This document shows positions 22,826 to 34,559 of a stretch of 64,000 nucleotides of DNA, in pieces. How positions within the stretch are numbered: position 1 is the first letter of the stretch; every line of letters starts with the position of its first letter. The notes beneath the pieces are model-generated. The model was not told where the DNA came from and did not search any database. It was given only the letters and a program-made list of their open reading frames with translations. Source of the DNA: Selaginella moellendorffii (lineage: Eukaryota; Plantae; Lycopodiophyta); the NCBI RefSeq assembly GCF_000143415.4, contig NW_003314351.1:245490-309489 (forward strand), read 5' to 3'. Both the position numbers and the translations under genes were made by a program.

Positions 22826-24712
22826 CTACGAGCTGCGAATCATTTGTTGACGAAAGTTATCATCTAGCTGTGTTTTAAGGCCCGATAGCAAACTTATCCA
22901 AGCGATGGTATCACTCTCGTGCTCGTAAGATATGGCTTTGAGGAGCTCCTCGGCCTCGTCTAGCTGACCAAGGCGAGCAAGCATGTCAATGACGCAGTGG
23001 TAGTGCTCCAGCGTCCGTTGGATGCCATAGTCGCGCTCCATCCACCGTAGGATCTCTAGCGTTTCGTGGAAGAGGCCTTCGTGGCCACAGGCGTGGAGAA
23101 TGCTAGTGTAAGTTACGTAGTCGGGGCTCAAGCCTTGGTGGATCATCTCCCGGAAGAGCTCTAAGGATTGCGGAACCTGGCAGTGTTGAGCGTATCCAAG
23201 GATCATGGAAGTCCACGAGATGGTATCCTTGATCTGGATGGTTTTAAAGATTTCCAGCGCGTTCTCCAGGTTTCCACACTTGGCATAAGTGTTGAGGAGA
23301 GCTTTGAGCACGATTTCGTCCTTGGAGAATCCTCTGGAAACGATTTCCTTGTGGACGAGCGCGGCCTCGTCGATCGCCCCGAGAGCTGTGAAGGCTCCAA
23401 GAACTGTGGAGAAGGTGAAAGCATCCGGCATTACATCCGGAGTTTGCAGCAATCGCTTGTAGACGTTGGCGGCGGTGTTTGGATCTCCGGACTGGACGTG
23501 AGCTGCGATGAGTGAGTTCCAGGCAGCCGTGTTCTTGGAGCAAAACGACTCGAAAACCTTGGTGGATTCGTCCAGCCTTCCACACTTCGCGTAGAGATTT
23601 AGTAGCGAGTTTTGTACGATCGAGTCGGAGGTGATCATGTCCCGGGTGTTTTGCAGGAGCCTCTCGTGAACTTGTCGGCCTTGCTCCAAATCTCCACTGC
23701 TCGCGCAGGCACCAAGAACAATGGAGTAAGTTGTGGAATCAGGCTCCACTTCCATTCTGCGATAGAGCTTCAAAAGTTCTTCCAAATGCCCGGCTGTGGC
23801 ATATGCTGCAAGCATAGCATTCCACGAGACAACGTTCTTTAACTCCGTCTTGTCAAATTGTCTTCTTGCTTGATCGATCTGACCAAGCTTGGAGTAGAAA
23901 CTCGTAAGACAAGTTCCAACACCAACGTCGCATTCCAGTCCCAGTAGAATCACTCTCTCGTGGATCATTCTCCCAGTAGCTCCAAGAAGTTGGGAAGAAC
24001 TAGAACAAGAAGATGCTCCAAGAAAAACATCACTCCCGGTGAAAGAACAAGCTGTGATAATGCTGCAAAATGTATAGCGGTCGGGTCTCTCTCCTTGATT
24101 CTCCATCCTCCTTAGCAGCTCAACTGCCTTGAAACTTTGCCCAGACCTGGCAAATGCTGAGATCATTGCATTCCAAGAGATTAAGTTTCTTTCTGGAATT
24201 TGATCAAAGATCCCCTTTGCGTCTTCTACGCTACCACATTTAGTATACATTGTGATCAGCGAGTTGTAAACTTTTGTCCCAAGGCGAATGTGCCGATTCA
24301 CGATCTCTTTGTGGAGTAATCTAGCAGCGCTCAAATCCCCGAGCTTGGAACACGCAGCCAAGATGGCAACGTTGGTCACGTCGTCCGGGACGAGATCCCT
24401 GTCCATGCCGCAGTAAGCTTCGATCGCCGCACGAAAATCGCCATGCTGGTCGAGAGCTGTGATGAGAATTGCATAGGAGAAAAGGTTCTTCCTCACAATT
24501 GACTGGAAAGTGGAGACTGCCTGATGGATGCTGCCGCATTTTCCATACATCTGGACGACGAGATTGGCGAGAAAGGTGTCGGCTTGCAAGCCATCGGCCT
24601 GGATCTTTGCATGGACCCTCTTGCCAGTTCTAAGATCACAGGGAGTTTCGCATTGCTTGAGTAGCGAGGCATAGGAAGCCTGGAGGAGTTGAAAATTTGG
24701 GCATTTTCGCAT
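22826..24712 (-). CDS. PLS-class PPR protein with partial E domain, intronless
   Basis: PLS repeats (NSLITMYTKCGSVEDA, VVSWNAML), EHYHCVIDMLARLGQLDEAEE; no DYW domain. Confidence 0.93.
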   Translation of the reverse strand: MRKCPNFQLLQASYASLLKQCETPCDLRTGKRVHAKIQADGLQADTFLANLVVQMYGKCGSIHQAVSTFQSIVRKNLFSYAILITALDQHGDFRAAIEAYCGMDRDLVPDDVTNVAILAACSKLGDLSAARLLHKEIVNRHIRLGTKVYNSLITMYTKCGSVEDAKGIFDQIPERNLISWNAMISAFARSGQSFKAVELLRRMENQGERPDRYTFCSIITACSFTGSDVFLGASSCSSSSQLLGATGRMIHERVILLGLECDVGVGTCLTSFYSKLGQIDQARRQFDKTELKNVVSWNAMLAAYATAGHLEELLKLYRRMEVEPDSTTYSIVLGACASSGDLEQGRQVHERLLQNTRDMITSDSIVQNSLLNLYAKCGRLDESTKVFESFCSKNTAAWNSLIAAHVQSGDPNTAANVYKRLLQTPDVMPDAFTFSTVLGAFTALGAIDEAALVHKEIVSRGFSKDEIVLKALLNTYAKCGNLENALEIFKTIQIKDTISWTSMILGYAQHCQVPQSLELFREMIHQGLSPDYVTYTSILHACGHEGLFHETLEILRWMERDYGIQRTLEHYHCVIDMLARLGQLDEAEELLKAISYEHESDTIAWISLLSGLKTQLDDNFRQQMIRSS

Positions 24713-24873
24713 TGAAAGACCATTTGTTCTCTCACATCATTTACTTTTAGGGTTATTTTAAAACATGGGCAATATAGAGATATAATATGTTTTACACAAC
24801 AGATTATCTATTTTAAGGTTATTCAAATTAAACTCAGAATACATTATTTATATTCTCATATATATAATTTAGA

Positions 24874-25731
24874 TTAACAAAATGTTTTTGATGCCCATAC
24901 CGGTGTTGATAATGGTTTAATGCTAAATCTTTTTTGATATGTAAAATATAAAACTAAGGTACAATCATTTTGAATAATTAAATATGCATTTTCATAACAA
25001 TTTAAATATTTGCAATATCTATTTGTAGTCCAAACAACTTTTTTATTGTAAGAATATAAAACCAAATTTCAATCTTCTAATCTTAATATACATTTAATGC
25101 CTTTGGAAGATCATATATTGTTTTTTTAAAATATATTAATAAGTTAGAATCAATACTCACATAAAAATAAGCTTTTTGGTTTAAGGAAATTAAAGATTGT
25201 GTAGATAGTAAGTATTGGTGTGGCATATTAAAATATCCACCTATTAATATATTTTTTAAAATATTGCAACCAGTATTTTTTATTGTCATTTGTTGTGATT
25301 TTGGTAAATTATATTTCTTTATAATTAATAAATATAAAATGTTTCTTTACTTATAATAATATGTGAAGCACAAAATATTAATATATCTTTATAATTTTCT
25401 CGTAACATATCATATAATAAAGTTTTTATAATTGATCCTGCATCTAAACCCCCTTCATTATATACGGGACAAAATTGTTTAATTGTATTTAAAATAAAAA
25501 TATCATATAAAATAGTTTTTATTTTAACATTTAAGCTTCCATGTAGACTTTGACCTAATGGAATTTTAGAATTTGGTATAGTGTTAATTGCTTTTGCAAC
25601 AGTGTTTACAATATTATTTAATACAAGTTCATTTAAAATATCTGAATCTCCAATATCAAGTTCAGTTCCCTTAGTAAATATTTCTAAAAAGAAAATTAGT
25701 AAGAATAAATATACAGCCTTTGTTTTTACAT
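24874..25731 (-). pseudogene. Very AT-rich pseudogene of a secreted protein with a C-terminal bulb-type (GNA-like) lectin domain
   Basis: About 135-codon stop-free frame (25729-25325) with a signal-peptide-like start KTKAVYLFLLIFFLEIFTKG next to an out-of-frame ATG; downstream SIDSNLLIY, LED*NLVLY...VVWTT and IIQNDCTLVLY...PVWASKT are QxDxNxVxY-type repeats. Confidence 0.7.
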
Positions 25732-27409
25732 GTTAAGTTAATTTTTTTTATAACTAAGAAATACTAAATTTGTTTCCAATATTAATTCACCCAATGTCTT
25801 ATTTTCTAAGGATTAATACTTCTAATTTGTAATACTTCTTTATTTGTAAAAAAAAAGAAGTTAAACTCATAGGAAGTCTATTCGTTCATTCATATAGTAT
25901 TCTAAAAACTATTGGATTCCATAGTATTAAATTGTCTACATGTAGTGATAACTTCAACTCAAAAGATATGCTTATAGAATCTTTTCAATTTTTCAGTCAG
26001 TCTATTAATAAATAAGAAAAATCTCAGCTTGTAAGGTGGATTAGAGACTAAATAAAATTTTCAAGTTTATAAATTGATAACTTTGGATTTTACAACTTTT
26101 AATTTATAAAAAGGGTGAAAACTGGTAAAACTAACATGAAATTTCTGCCTTAATAAGGACTCAATATGTTTGTGTCCTACTTTAGAGCATATAAATGATT
26201 GCACTTTTATCTTCCACCAAGAGTTATCATCTTGTTTTGTTTAAACAATCAATTATGAAAATGAACTTCAGATGGAAGCAATTGAAACTTGGAAAGTATC
26301 ATGGATATAATTATGGATATCAAAGTTATTTATTAATAAATCCTTTCAAATACATTCTCCTTTTACTGCCATGTTGATAAGAGATTAGTATTGCTAAACC
26401 TTTATTAAAAATTAATTAACCATCTAAACTTGGTATAATGCACTAAAGAAGGAAATCCTAAGTTGTTATGTAATCAAACATACTTGATATGGTGATAAGA
26501 AATTTATATTGTTAACTTGCATTTATTGGGATTAGTCTATCAATGTTCACTATATGATTAGTATCATTATTAACCACCCTGGGTCAAAAAACAATTTCAC
26601 GAACACACTATTCACAATTATAAATCAAGATTTTTAATGATTTAATCATTAATTGAGCAATACCACAAGTAAAGCCTATTAACTTACTAGCTGGTGAAGT
26701 ATCCTCCTATGTTGAAATAATATTACTAATTATACATGATTATAAGTTGAAAAGGATTAGTCTATTAGTTTAAGTGGTCATTGCTATGCTTTTTCATAAA
26801 TTGTTTTTAGATTGGTTTCAATGCAAACTTGAGGTTTAATAAAGTTGAGTCTGAAAAGAGATTATTAGGGACAAATGATCAAATATGTAAATCATCTTTT
26901 CTTCTGTAAAAAATAATTTGCAACAAGGGGTGATCTTATTATGTATTTTACATAATGCAATTGAGAGTTCCTATAATGGTCTTATGAGTGGTGTGTAGTG
27001 AATTAGAAAGAGGTGAAATGATAAATTATTTCACTTAGACTTATCATCAAAAAGCTTGAGTTGGAATACTTAATTCTTTTCTCAGAAACATTCTTATTGC
27101 TCTATGAGTAGCTTATTGCTAGATTAGTTTTAAGTTTAGTTAAAGGGAGAGTAGCATCTGTGTTGCATCTTGTTATTTAAATTAGCATTTGATACTAGCG
27201 TAAACCTTTGTAATAATTATTGCTTGAGGATGGTACTCCTCAACACAGGTGCTGGAAGAGAAATTCCAAAAGTGTGTTTATGATTGTTTTTAATTTTGTT
27301 TGAACGAGCATTGCTTATGATTTCTCATACAGAGTTTTTGCTAATCCTGAAGAGGTTTGTTCATCTGTGTGGTATCTTTGTTTGCAAAGTCACTTATTTG
27401 GTTTCATTG

Positions 27410-28503
27410 CAGATTACCTTGACATCATCAAGGAGCCCATGGACTTCAAAAGAAACTCTCCAAAATCGATTGAACTTTTTGAGTATTTCTTCCTGGAATT
27501 ATTGACTAATTGTGCCTATTGCAGAGGGATGTTAATTTAATTCGCAGCAACGCTATGAAATACAACACTCCGAGGACAATTGATCACAAACAGGTCTGAG
27601 CTTGTTAAACTTGCAAATTCAGTTTTACAGTTGCACTGATGAAACAGGCCAAAGATCGAGGACATCGCCCGAAAAGCTGCTCAATGGTCAACGCAAAGGC
27701 AATCCAAACTGAAGCGATGTGCAACCAGAAGGTCTTCTGAACAGCAAGGCTCTGATGCAACGCCCGGGCCTGGTTTAGCGTATGGAAAAAATCGGCATCG
27801 ACCATCCATTTCAAAGTTCTGGAAACGATTTCAAAATTCAGGAAGGTAAACACGCTGCTGTTTGCGCATTATTAATCGCATTCATCGCCTGTGCGTGTTA
27901 CTTTCAGGTTCTTTATCAAAAGCTGCCTCTCTCAAGGGACGCCGACTGCTTATTATGGATGAGAATCGTGCCACACTTACCGTCCTTCTGAGCCTTTTGA
28001 TGAAGCTGTTGTCGCACAAATTGTATTATTCCCGCCTGCCTCGTGATGCTGATGGATTCTATGTTGTGGTTCTTACGCCCAAAGCCTCGCCTTGTTCGGT
28101 GCAAACTTCAAGCGTCCGGCCTGGGACTTTGTTGCAAGGAAGATTCGCAAGGTTTTGGCTCCAGGATAGCACGAGAAGTCTGACTTCACGACCTGACAGC
28201 TTACGAACCGAGCCCGTGGAACAAAAGATTCCTCCAAGGGACGAGGCATCACAGCAACGTTTTGCCATCGAAGTGCCATCCAGCACGTCTGCTGCTCCTG
28301 CGGCTCTCCTGTCTCGAAAGTTTTCGACGTACAACTACAGCAGGACAGGAACGGGGTCCAAAACTACAGAAACGTCGAGGCAGTGGCCCAGCAGCAGCTT
28401 CAGAAGCCGCCCGCGAGGCTTCCTCCTCTGCTTCAAAGAGATCATCCAGGCAGTGCCGCAGCTGAGAACCGAAAAAAATATGCGGAAGAGCCGAAAAAAA
28501 TAA
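27410..28503 (+). pseudogene. Fragment of a bromodomain gene (BRD7/9-like plant BRD family)
   Basis: DYLDIIKEPMDF; DVNLIRSNAMKYNTPRTIDHKQ-AK; MDENRAT; frameshifts, and the 5' part is missing. Confidence 0.7.
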
Positions 28504-28749
28504 ACGAAATGAAATGAGAACAAACCTGGTTAGCGTACTGGAAGCTTTTCTCCGAAATAACGTTCCTTCTCCGCCAAGATGTGGCAGTCTTCGTGACCAA
28601 AAAAATACATGCTCGTCAGAAAAGAGGATACACTGACGTGATCCACACAAATTCAAACAATTGCGAATAATCTTTGGAAACATTATATAGTGATTTGGAA
28701 AGCCGCTTTACCTCAGAAACATTAGTAAGAACAGTTAATTGAACACTAA

Positions 28750-31700
28750 CTATGCAAATGCAATCTTCACTGGTGACTTCCTCACCTTTCGACGATCCTC
28801 CTTCCCCTTGACAAAAATATCCAGCGCCATTTCCAGCGTCAGCTCCTCCACCTTTTGATCCTTTGGGACGTAAACGGAGTAGCCTTCCCTCCGGATGTAG
28901 CACCCAAACCTCCCGATCCCGATCATCACCGGCTTTCCTTCCGGATCCACTCCCAGCTCCTTGGGATACTTCATCAGCTCCATCGCCATCTCCAGGGTGA
29001 AGGCATTGTAGTTTATGCTCTCGGGAACTCTCACTCGCTTTGGCTTGAGCTTCCCTTTGGCATCCTCGCCGATCTGCACGTAGTCTCCATACGGCCCCTC
29101 CTTGTACAAGACCGGAAGCCCCGTGCTGGAATCCACCCCGAGAACTTTGCTCCTGGATTTCGCCACCGGCGAGCCGCATTCTTCCTCCTCCTCCTCCTCG
29201 TCCTTGTCGAGACTGTTGCTGTAGTGGCACGAAGGATAGCGATTGCAGCCGAGGAAATAGCCAGTTCCAAACTTCGTGAGCTTGAGCTGGAGCTCGCCGG
29301 TGTGGCAATTCGGGCACGTCTTGTCTTTTCCAGCGAGCTTGTCCGAGAAGAGGCTGGCGAGCATGTCCGCTACCTGTTGAGTCGGAACTTTGGCCGTGGA
29401 TGTCACCTTGTCGTGGAAGTTTGGCCAGAACTGCTGCAACACTTCTTTCCACTTCATGCTCCCAGATGAGACAGCGTCGAGTTGCTCCTCCATCTTGGCT
29501 GTGAAGCCGTAGTCCACAAACTCGGTGAAGTAGCGCGAGAGGAACGCCGCCACCATCCGGCCTCGAACGCGTGGGATGATCCGCTGCTTCTCGATTTGCA
29601 TGTACTGCCGCAGCTGGAGAGTCTTGAGGACGTGAGCATACGTCGACGGCCTCCCGATGCCAAGCTCTTCCATCTTCTTCACCAAGCTTCCTTCTGTGTA
29701 TCGAGGTGGCGGCTCCGTGAAGTGCTGCTTGTGCTTGACGTCTATGGCTGAGACGCAGCTGCCAGCTTTGAGAGATGGAAGCTTCTTCTCCGTGGCTGAT
29801 TCTTCCTCTTCGTTGTCACCGGCGAGGGCGTCTTTGTCCCTGTAGACGATCTGAAAGCCTGGAAACTCCATGGTCGATGCTGTCGATCGCAGCCTCACAA
29901 CGCCTTTCGGGTCCTCCACGTCCAGAGAGACGTGATTAAACACGGCTTGCTCCAGCTGACACGCCATCGTTCTCCTCCAGATGAGAGCATACAGCCGCAA
30001 CGCATCCTGCTCCAAAACTTTCGCCAGCTCCGATGGAATTCGCTCGATGCCTGTCGGTCTTATTGCCTCGTGAGCTTCCTGGGCGTTCTTCACTTTGGAT
30101 GAAAACTTCCGGGGACTGCTGAGGACGTAGTTCTTGCCATATCTCTCCTCGCCAAACTTTCGAATGCTTTCGATGGCTTGAGCCGACAGCTGCATGCTGT
30201 CCGTCCTCATGTAAGTTATGAGCCCGACCAGTTCACCATCTGGAAGCTTGACACCTTCGTAAAGCTTCTGCGCCAGAAGCATCGTTTTGGAAGCACCGAA
30301 TCCAAGCTTGCTTGATGCGTCTTGCTGTAGCGAGGATGTAATGTACGGTCCCGGAGCATTCCTTCGTATAACACTGTTCTTCATGCCATCAACTCTGAGG
30401 GAGCTCTGCCCGATGTAGCTGGCAGCAGCCTCGGCCTCGCTACCTGTGAGCGAGAACTGGTCCAGTTTGACACCGTTGTAGCTCACAAGTCGTGCCGGAA
30501 AGCTAACTTGTCCCTTGCTGTCTGCTGGACAAATCTCTGCCTCCACCGTCCAGTACTCGCGAGGAGTAAAGCTCTCGATCTCCTTCTCCCGGTCAGCGAG
30601 GAGACACAGAGCAGCAGACTGGACCCTCCCAGCGGATTTGCTACCCGGCAACTTCCGCCACAGGAGCGGAGAGATGTCGAAACCGATGAGATAGTCGAGT
30701 GCTCGTCTCGCCAAGTACGCGTCCACAAGCTCCTGACTTATGTTTCGGGGTGACTTCATTCCCTGCTGGACAGCCGTTTTGGTTATCTCGTTGAATGTCA
30801 CCCTCTGGATCTTCAGTCCCTTCTTCATGATGCCTTCCAGCCTAATCATCTCGAGAATGTGCCAGGCGATGGCTTCTCCTTCCCTGTCCGGGTCAGAAGC
30901 TAGAACCATCGCCTGTGCTCCTTTAAGCGCTGTTTTGATCTGGTTGAAGCGCGACTTTGCAGTGTCCGGGACTTCCCAGACCAGATCAAAGTCGTCCTGG
31001 GGACGAACCGAGCCGGAGCGTGCTGCCAGGTCTCTTACGTGACCATAGCTCGCCACCACCACGTAGTTCTCTCCCAGATACTTCTCGATCGTTTTGGCCT
31101 TGGCAGGAGACTCCACCACGACCACCACCTTTCCAGAGAGCGCGGCCCCGTTCTCTTGTTCTCCCGTCTCTATGGTGGAATCGATGGTAGTAGCAGCTAC
31201 TACTTCAGCTTTCTTCTTGCTTCTCTTACTTGGAGCTTCCTTCAAATCTCCACCATCTTTTACTTCCTTGGCAGGCTTCAGCTTCGCGGCATCCTTGGGC
31301 TTCGTTGTTTTAGCAGCACTTTTCACCTTTCCTCCGTCATCTTCTTTCGTAGCATTCGATTCGTTCTTCTTCTTCTTCTTCGTGGCATTGGTAGCGTCAC
31401 TGGGCTTTTGTTCCACAGCCACCTTGGATCTGGCCTTTTTCTTATCTACCGCTTGGGGATCCTGGGTCTCTTCTTCCGGCTTTGCTGTGCCTTTAGATTT
31501 TCTCCCAGGAGACTTCTTCGCCACATTCTCGGCCCCGGCAGTCTGCTGGCTTTCAGCAGTCGACGCGTTCAAAGCCGCTCCCTTCTTCCCTTTCCTTCGA
31601 AACCATCTTCTACTGCTAGCGGAAGAAAAATCTCTGGAGAATTGGTAGAGCACGAATTTCTGGCCTGACTGTGCAATCCCCCATCGCCCCTGGCTCCCGC

Positions 31701-31887
31701 TCTCGAAAATCCCACACGAAATCCTACCTGGGGCAATCGAAGGAAGGAATGCCGCCGAGGACGAGCACAGCAGCCGCGAGAACAGAGAACTGCTGGCCTT
31801 GAGAGCTCCCATTCTCGGCGCTGACGTGTTAGGAGGCAGGATTCGGCCGCGCACGTCGAGGGAGAGATTCATTCCCGGCAGCGCCAT
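28750..31887 (-). CDS. TOP1A: Organellar type IA DNA topoisomerase (TopA-like), intronless, 1045 aa
   Basis: Transit-peptide-like N-terminus, TOPRIM VVVESPAKAKTI and ASDPDREGEAI, SAGRVQS, catalytic LITYMRTDS, QEAHEAIRPT, GIGRPSTY, Zn ribbon CPNC...GCNRYPSC, C-terminal repeats. Confidence 0.96.
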   Translation of the reverse strand: MALPGMNLSLDVRGRILPPNTSAPRMGALKASSSLFSRLLCSSSAAFLPSIAPGRISCGIFESGSQGRWGIAQSGQKFVLYQFSRDFSSASSRRWFRRKGKKGAALNASTAESQQTAGAENVAKKSPGRKSKGTAKPEEETQDPQAVDKKKARSKVAVEQKPSDATNATKKKKKNESNATKEDDGGKVKSAAKTTKPKDAAKLKPAKEVKDGGDLKEAPSKRSKKKAEVVAATTIDSTIETGEQENGAALSGKVVVVVESPAKAKTIEKYLGENYVVVASYGHVRDLAARSGSVRPQDDFDLVWEVPDTAKSRFNQIKTALKGAQAMVLASDPDREGEAIAWHILEMIRLEGIMKKGLKIQRVTFNEITKTAVQQGMKSPRNISQELVDAYLARRALDYLIGFDISPLLWRKLPGSKSAGRVQSAALCLLADREKEIESFTPREYWTVEAEICPADSKGQVSFPARLVSYNGVKLDQFSLTGSEAEAAASYIGQSSLRVDGMKNSVIRRNAPGPYITSSLQQDASSKLGFGASKTMLLAQKLYEGVKLPDGELVGLITYMRTDSMQLSAQAIESIRKFGEERYGKNYVLSSPRKFSSKVKNAQEAHEAIRPTGIERIPSELAKVLEQDALRLYALIWRRTMACQLEQAVFNHVSLDVEDPKGVVRLRSTASTMEFPGFQIVYRDKDALAGDNEEEESATEKKLPSLKAGSCVSAIDVKHKQHFTEPPPRYTEGSLVKKMEELGIGRPSTYAHVLKTLQLRQYMQIEKQRIIPRVRGRMVAAFLSRYFTEFVDYGFTAKMEEQLDAVSSGSMKWKEVLQQFWPNFHDKVTSTAKVPTQQVADMLASLFSDKLAGKDKTCPNCHTGELQLKLTKFGTGYFLGCNRYPSCHYSNSLDKDEEEEEEECGSPVAKSRSKVLGVDSSTGLPVLYKEGPYGDYVQIGEDAKGKLKPKRVRVPESINYNAFTLEMAMELMKYPKELGVDPEGKPVMIGIGRFGCYIRREGYSVYVPKDQKVEELTLEMALDIFVKGKEDRRKVRKSPVKIAFA

Positions 31888-31929
31888 CGCGCCTCGGCAT
31901 CTTTGTCGATAAACCCTAACCCCTAGGGC

Positions 31930-32410
31930 TCGGAAATCTGGACCGTTGGATTCTCATTAGTTGGAATTCCGGAATGGAACTGGAGCTTGTAGGTCTGACA
32001 GATCGAAGGGTATAGGTTTTAGCAGCGATGGAGTGGACGGCGAGGAGGTCCAGGGAGCCGAGAGCCGGCCACAGTGTGGAGTATTTCATCACTGGTTGGT
32101 AGTTTCATTAAGTCCTCTTTGTTTTCTTTTTCTTCTAGGCGTTGAAAGTTTGGATGTTGCTAAGGTTCTGGCTCAATGTAGTATACCCTGTCCCGAAGAT
32201 CACTGATTATCCGAAGGTGAATATGGCAACAATATTGTTTATGGTACGCTATATAATGGATTGCTTACGTGAAGCCAAATTTCCTTATAGAGCAACAGTA
32301 GGAAAGAGGAAGCGAGAAGAAATGCATCAGCTCTGTCGAGAGAAGCTAGGAAGCAGCCATTCTCTGTGCTACGAAGTGGGGCTCTCCATGTTGGATTTAG
32401 CATTTGTAGA
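31930..32410 (+). pseudogene. Deleted relic of the TWD40-2 promoter and 5' exons
   Basis: Matches 38400-38730 and 39915-40245 (gcgatggagtggacggcgagg; ggcgttgaaagtttggatgttgctaaggttctggctcaatgtag) with many deletions. Confidence 0.9.
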
Positions 32411-32419
32411 CATCCAGTA

Positions 32420-33870
32420 AAGCTCTTGACCTCCTCCCGGTCAGTCGTGAGAGAAGCGGATTTGCTCGACTTGCATCCACTCCTAGCTTATCTTCTGGGG
32501 TGACTTGTTTCCCTCTTGGACACCCGTTTAGGCTATCTCATTGCCTTCCAGCGTAGGCGATGGCTTCTACTTCTCTGTCTGGATCAGAAGCTAGAACCAT
32601 CCCCTGTGCTCCCTTGAGTGCTGTTTTGATCTGGTTGTGGCGAGTACTTCCAACACCTCTCACATTTCTGGCCCTCAACCCTCCATCTTGCAGCTCCCGT
32701 GTATGCATAATATGCGTCTTCGCAATTGACAACTTCCACCTGAGCGAGAGAAGAAAATTGTTTTTTTCTCTCCCTGTGCGTATAGAACATCTAACGCGGA
32801 AGATCTTAATTGTCAAGAATATAACGTGTAGCTTGCCATCATCCTGCCATTCCTTGGAGTGTGGAGTGCAGTACGTCTCCCAGTGAGGCAAACCTTTGTG
32901 TCGAGCTTTGTCCTATCAGATTTGCCATCGTTGCTGACTGCAAGACTTTGTTAACTTCCACCCGGAGCTGTGCATGCAAACGAGTGTCACGACGTACAAG
33001 TGTCGATTCGCAAGGAGAGTTTCTCACCTCTAGAAGAAGTGACCACAGCTTCGTGAAAACGCACAGAAATCGTCCGCCATCACGGGTCTAGTTTGGGCCA
33101 CCACGCCTCAAACACGCTCTCGGCTTTGGAGCCCGTCTGGTAGAGCTGCGTCCTTTGCCAGGTGTGGAACAACAGGCGATACCCCACAGGCCAGATACAG
33201 CAACTAGAACCGTTTGGCAGTTTCTTCTTTTAGAGCTATCATAGTCCCCCCTGCAGGAAAACTGATCAGAAACGAGGGAAGATCCGAACGAAACAAGCTT
33301 GATCACCCAAGGTATAATCTGTCCTTCGAAAAGTCCAGATAGAAGTTGGTCAGATCAAACACCGCATACCGTTGCACCGACTGCATTCACGTGGAGACAC
33401 ACAGAGTTAATAGGAAAGCTTGTATAGCAACCTGGAAGAATTTTCGAAACTGGTACTCGTCTAGGCTGTCCTTGAGGCTATCCATTACGCTTGCGAGCTG
33501 GAAGAGAGCGTACTTATCTATTCCAGGGAGGTCACTCGACCTGTGCTAACTTCAGCTTGGTCTCGTATGCTCGCCACGTAGTTCTCTTCCAGGTACTTCT
33601 CTATTGTTTTGGCCTTGGCAGGAGACTCCACCACGGCCACCCACCTTTCCCGTGAGAGCAGCCCGTTTTCTTGTTCTATTGTCTCTTTGGAGGAATCGAT
33701 GGCAGTTGCAGCTCTTACTTCTTGTTCTATCGTAATTGATGGCAGTTGCAGGTATTACTTCAGCCCTTTTCTTGCGTCTCGAGGATTTTGCTCAGCCTCG
33801 GATGTCTGCTGGCTTTTGGCTTTGACAGCCACTCCTTTCCTTCCAAACCAGTGCTTGATCAGCCGCTAGC
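32420..33870 (-). pseudogene. TOP1A relic B, split by an inserted IleRS fragment
   Basis: 33560-33870 matches the TOP1A N-terminal/VESPAKAKTI region; 32420-32637 resumes NQIKTALKGAQGMVLASDPDREVEAI. Confidence 0.85.
32640..33545 (-). pseudogene. Intron-containing C-terminal fragment of an organellar-type isoleucyl-tRNA synthetase
   Basis: DLPGIDKYALFQL...EYQFRKFFQ; FDLTNFYLDFSKDRLY; RRNCQTVL; PVVPHLA; LRVEVNKVLQSA; Zn finger GQKCERCWKY. Confidence 0.82.
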
Positions 33871-34559
33871 ATCTCAAACCAAAGCTGGATCTCAAGTGCA
33901 TATCTGGAGGGCAGTCACACGGAACAAGAAAGAAGCAAAATATACTCGTTGATCGTTTGTGATCCGTTGAAGGATAAGTCTCTTGGAGTAAAGCTTGAGG
34001 ATAGTCGATCTCAGTCTTGAAGGCCCTCCAAGTAGTGTCGCAATGTCATGGGAATGGAGTGGAGTTCATCAAAGGAACCCTGGACAAGCACCAAACATTT
34101 TCAAAACCAATATGACATTTAGAAGAACTTACTTGGCCAATTTCTTCTTGGTGGAAATCTCCAGCAGCCTTTAGAAACTGTGTCGCATGGAAGATTAGCA
34201 GCTTTGCATTATTGGAAACGTATGTTCATCGTCTTGCTTGAGCGTGCCTGTGAAGAATCAAAGGAGAAAAACACTCCAACATATAGAGAAAAGAAAAATT
34301 GCACAAGCACACACCTTCCACAATCCTGCTTGCCCAAAGGCAGAGCAAGCTGTGGAGCTCTTCCACGAGTCCCCTGTCCCTCACTAGTTTCCCTGCTTCG
34401 AAGTTCTCAGCACTGATGCAACCTTCAATATGAGAACGTCCATCACTTGTCATGTTTTGTAATCACCTGGTTCATTTGTGATATTTTCCCACCCTTGTCT
34501 CTCAGCTACACGAACACTGGGTTGATCCAGTTCTCGCATTTTGGAGCTACAGTTTCCTT

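Noticed and set aside
28750-31887. Bacterial topA acquired by recent horizontal transfer or contamination
   Set aside because: It has a transit-peptide-like extension and a telo-box promoter, sits among intron-containing plant genes, and land plants have a nuclear-encoded organellar type IA topoisomerase.
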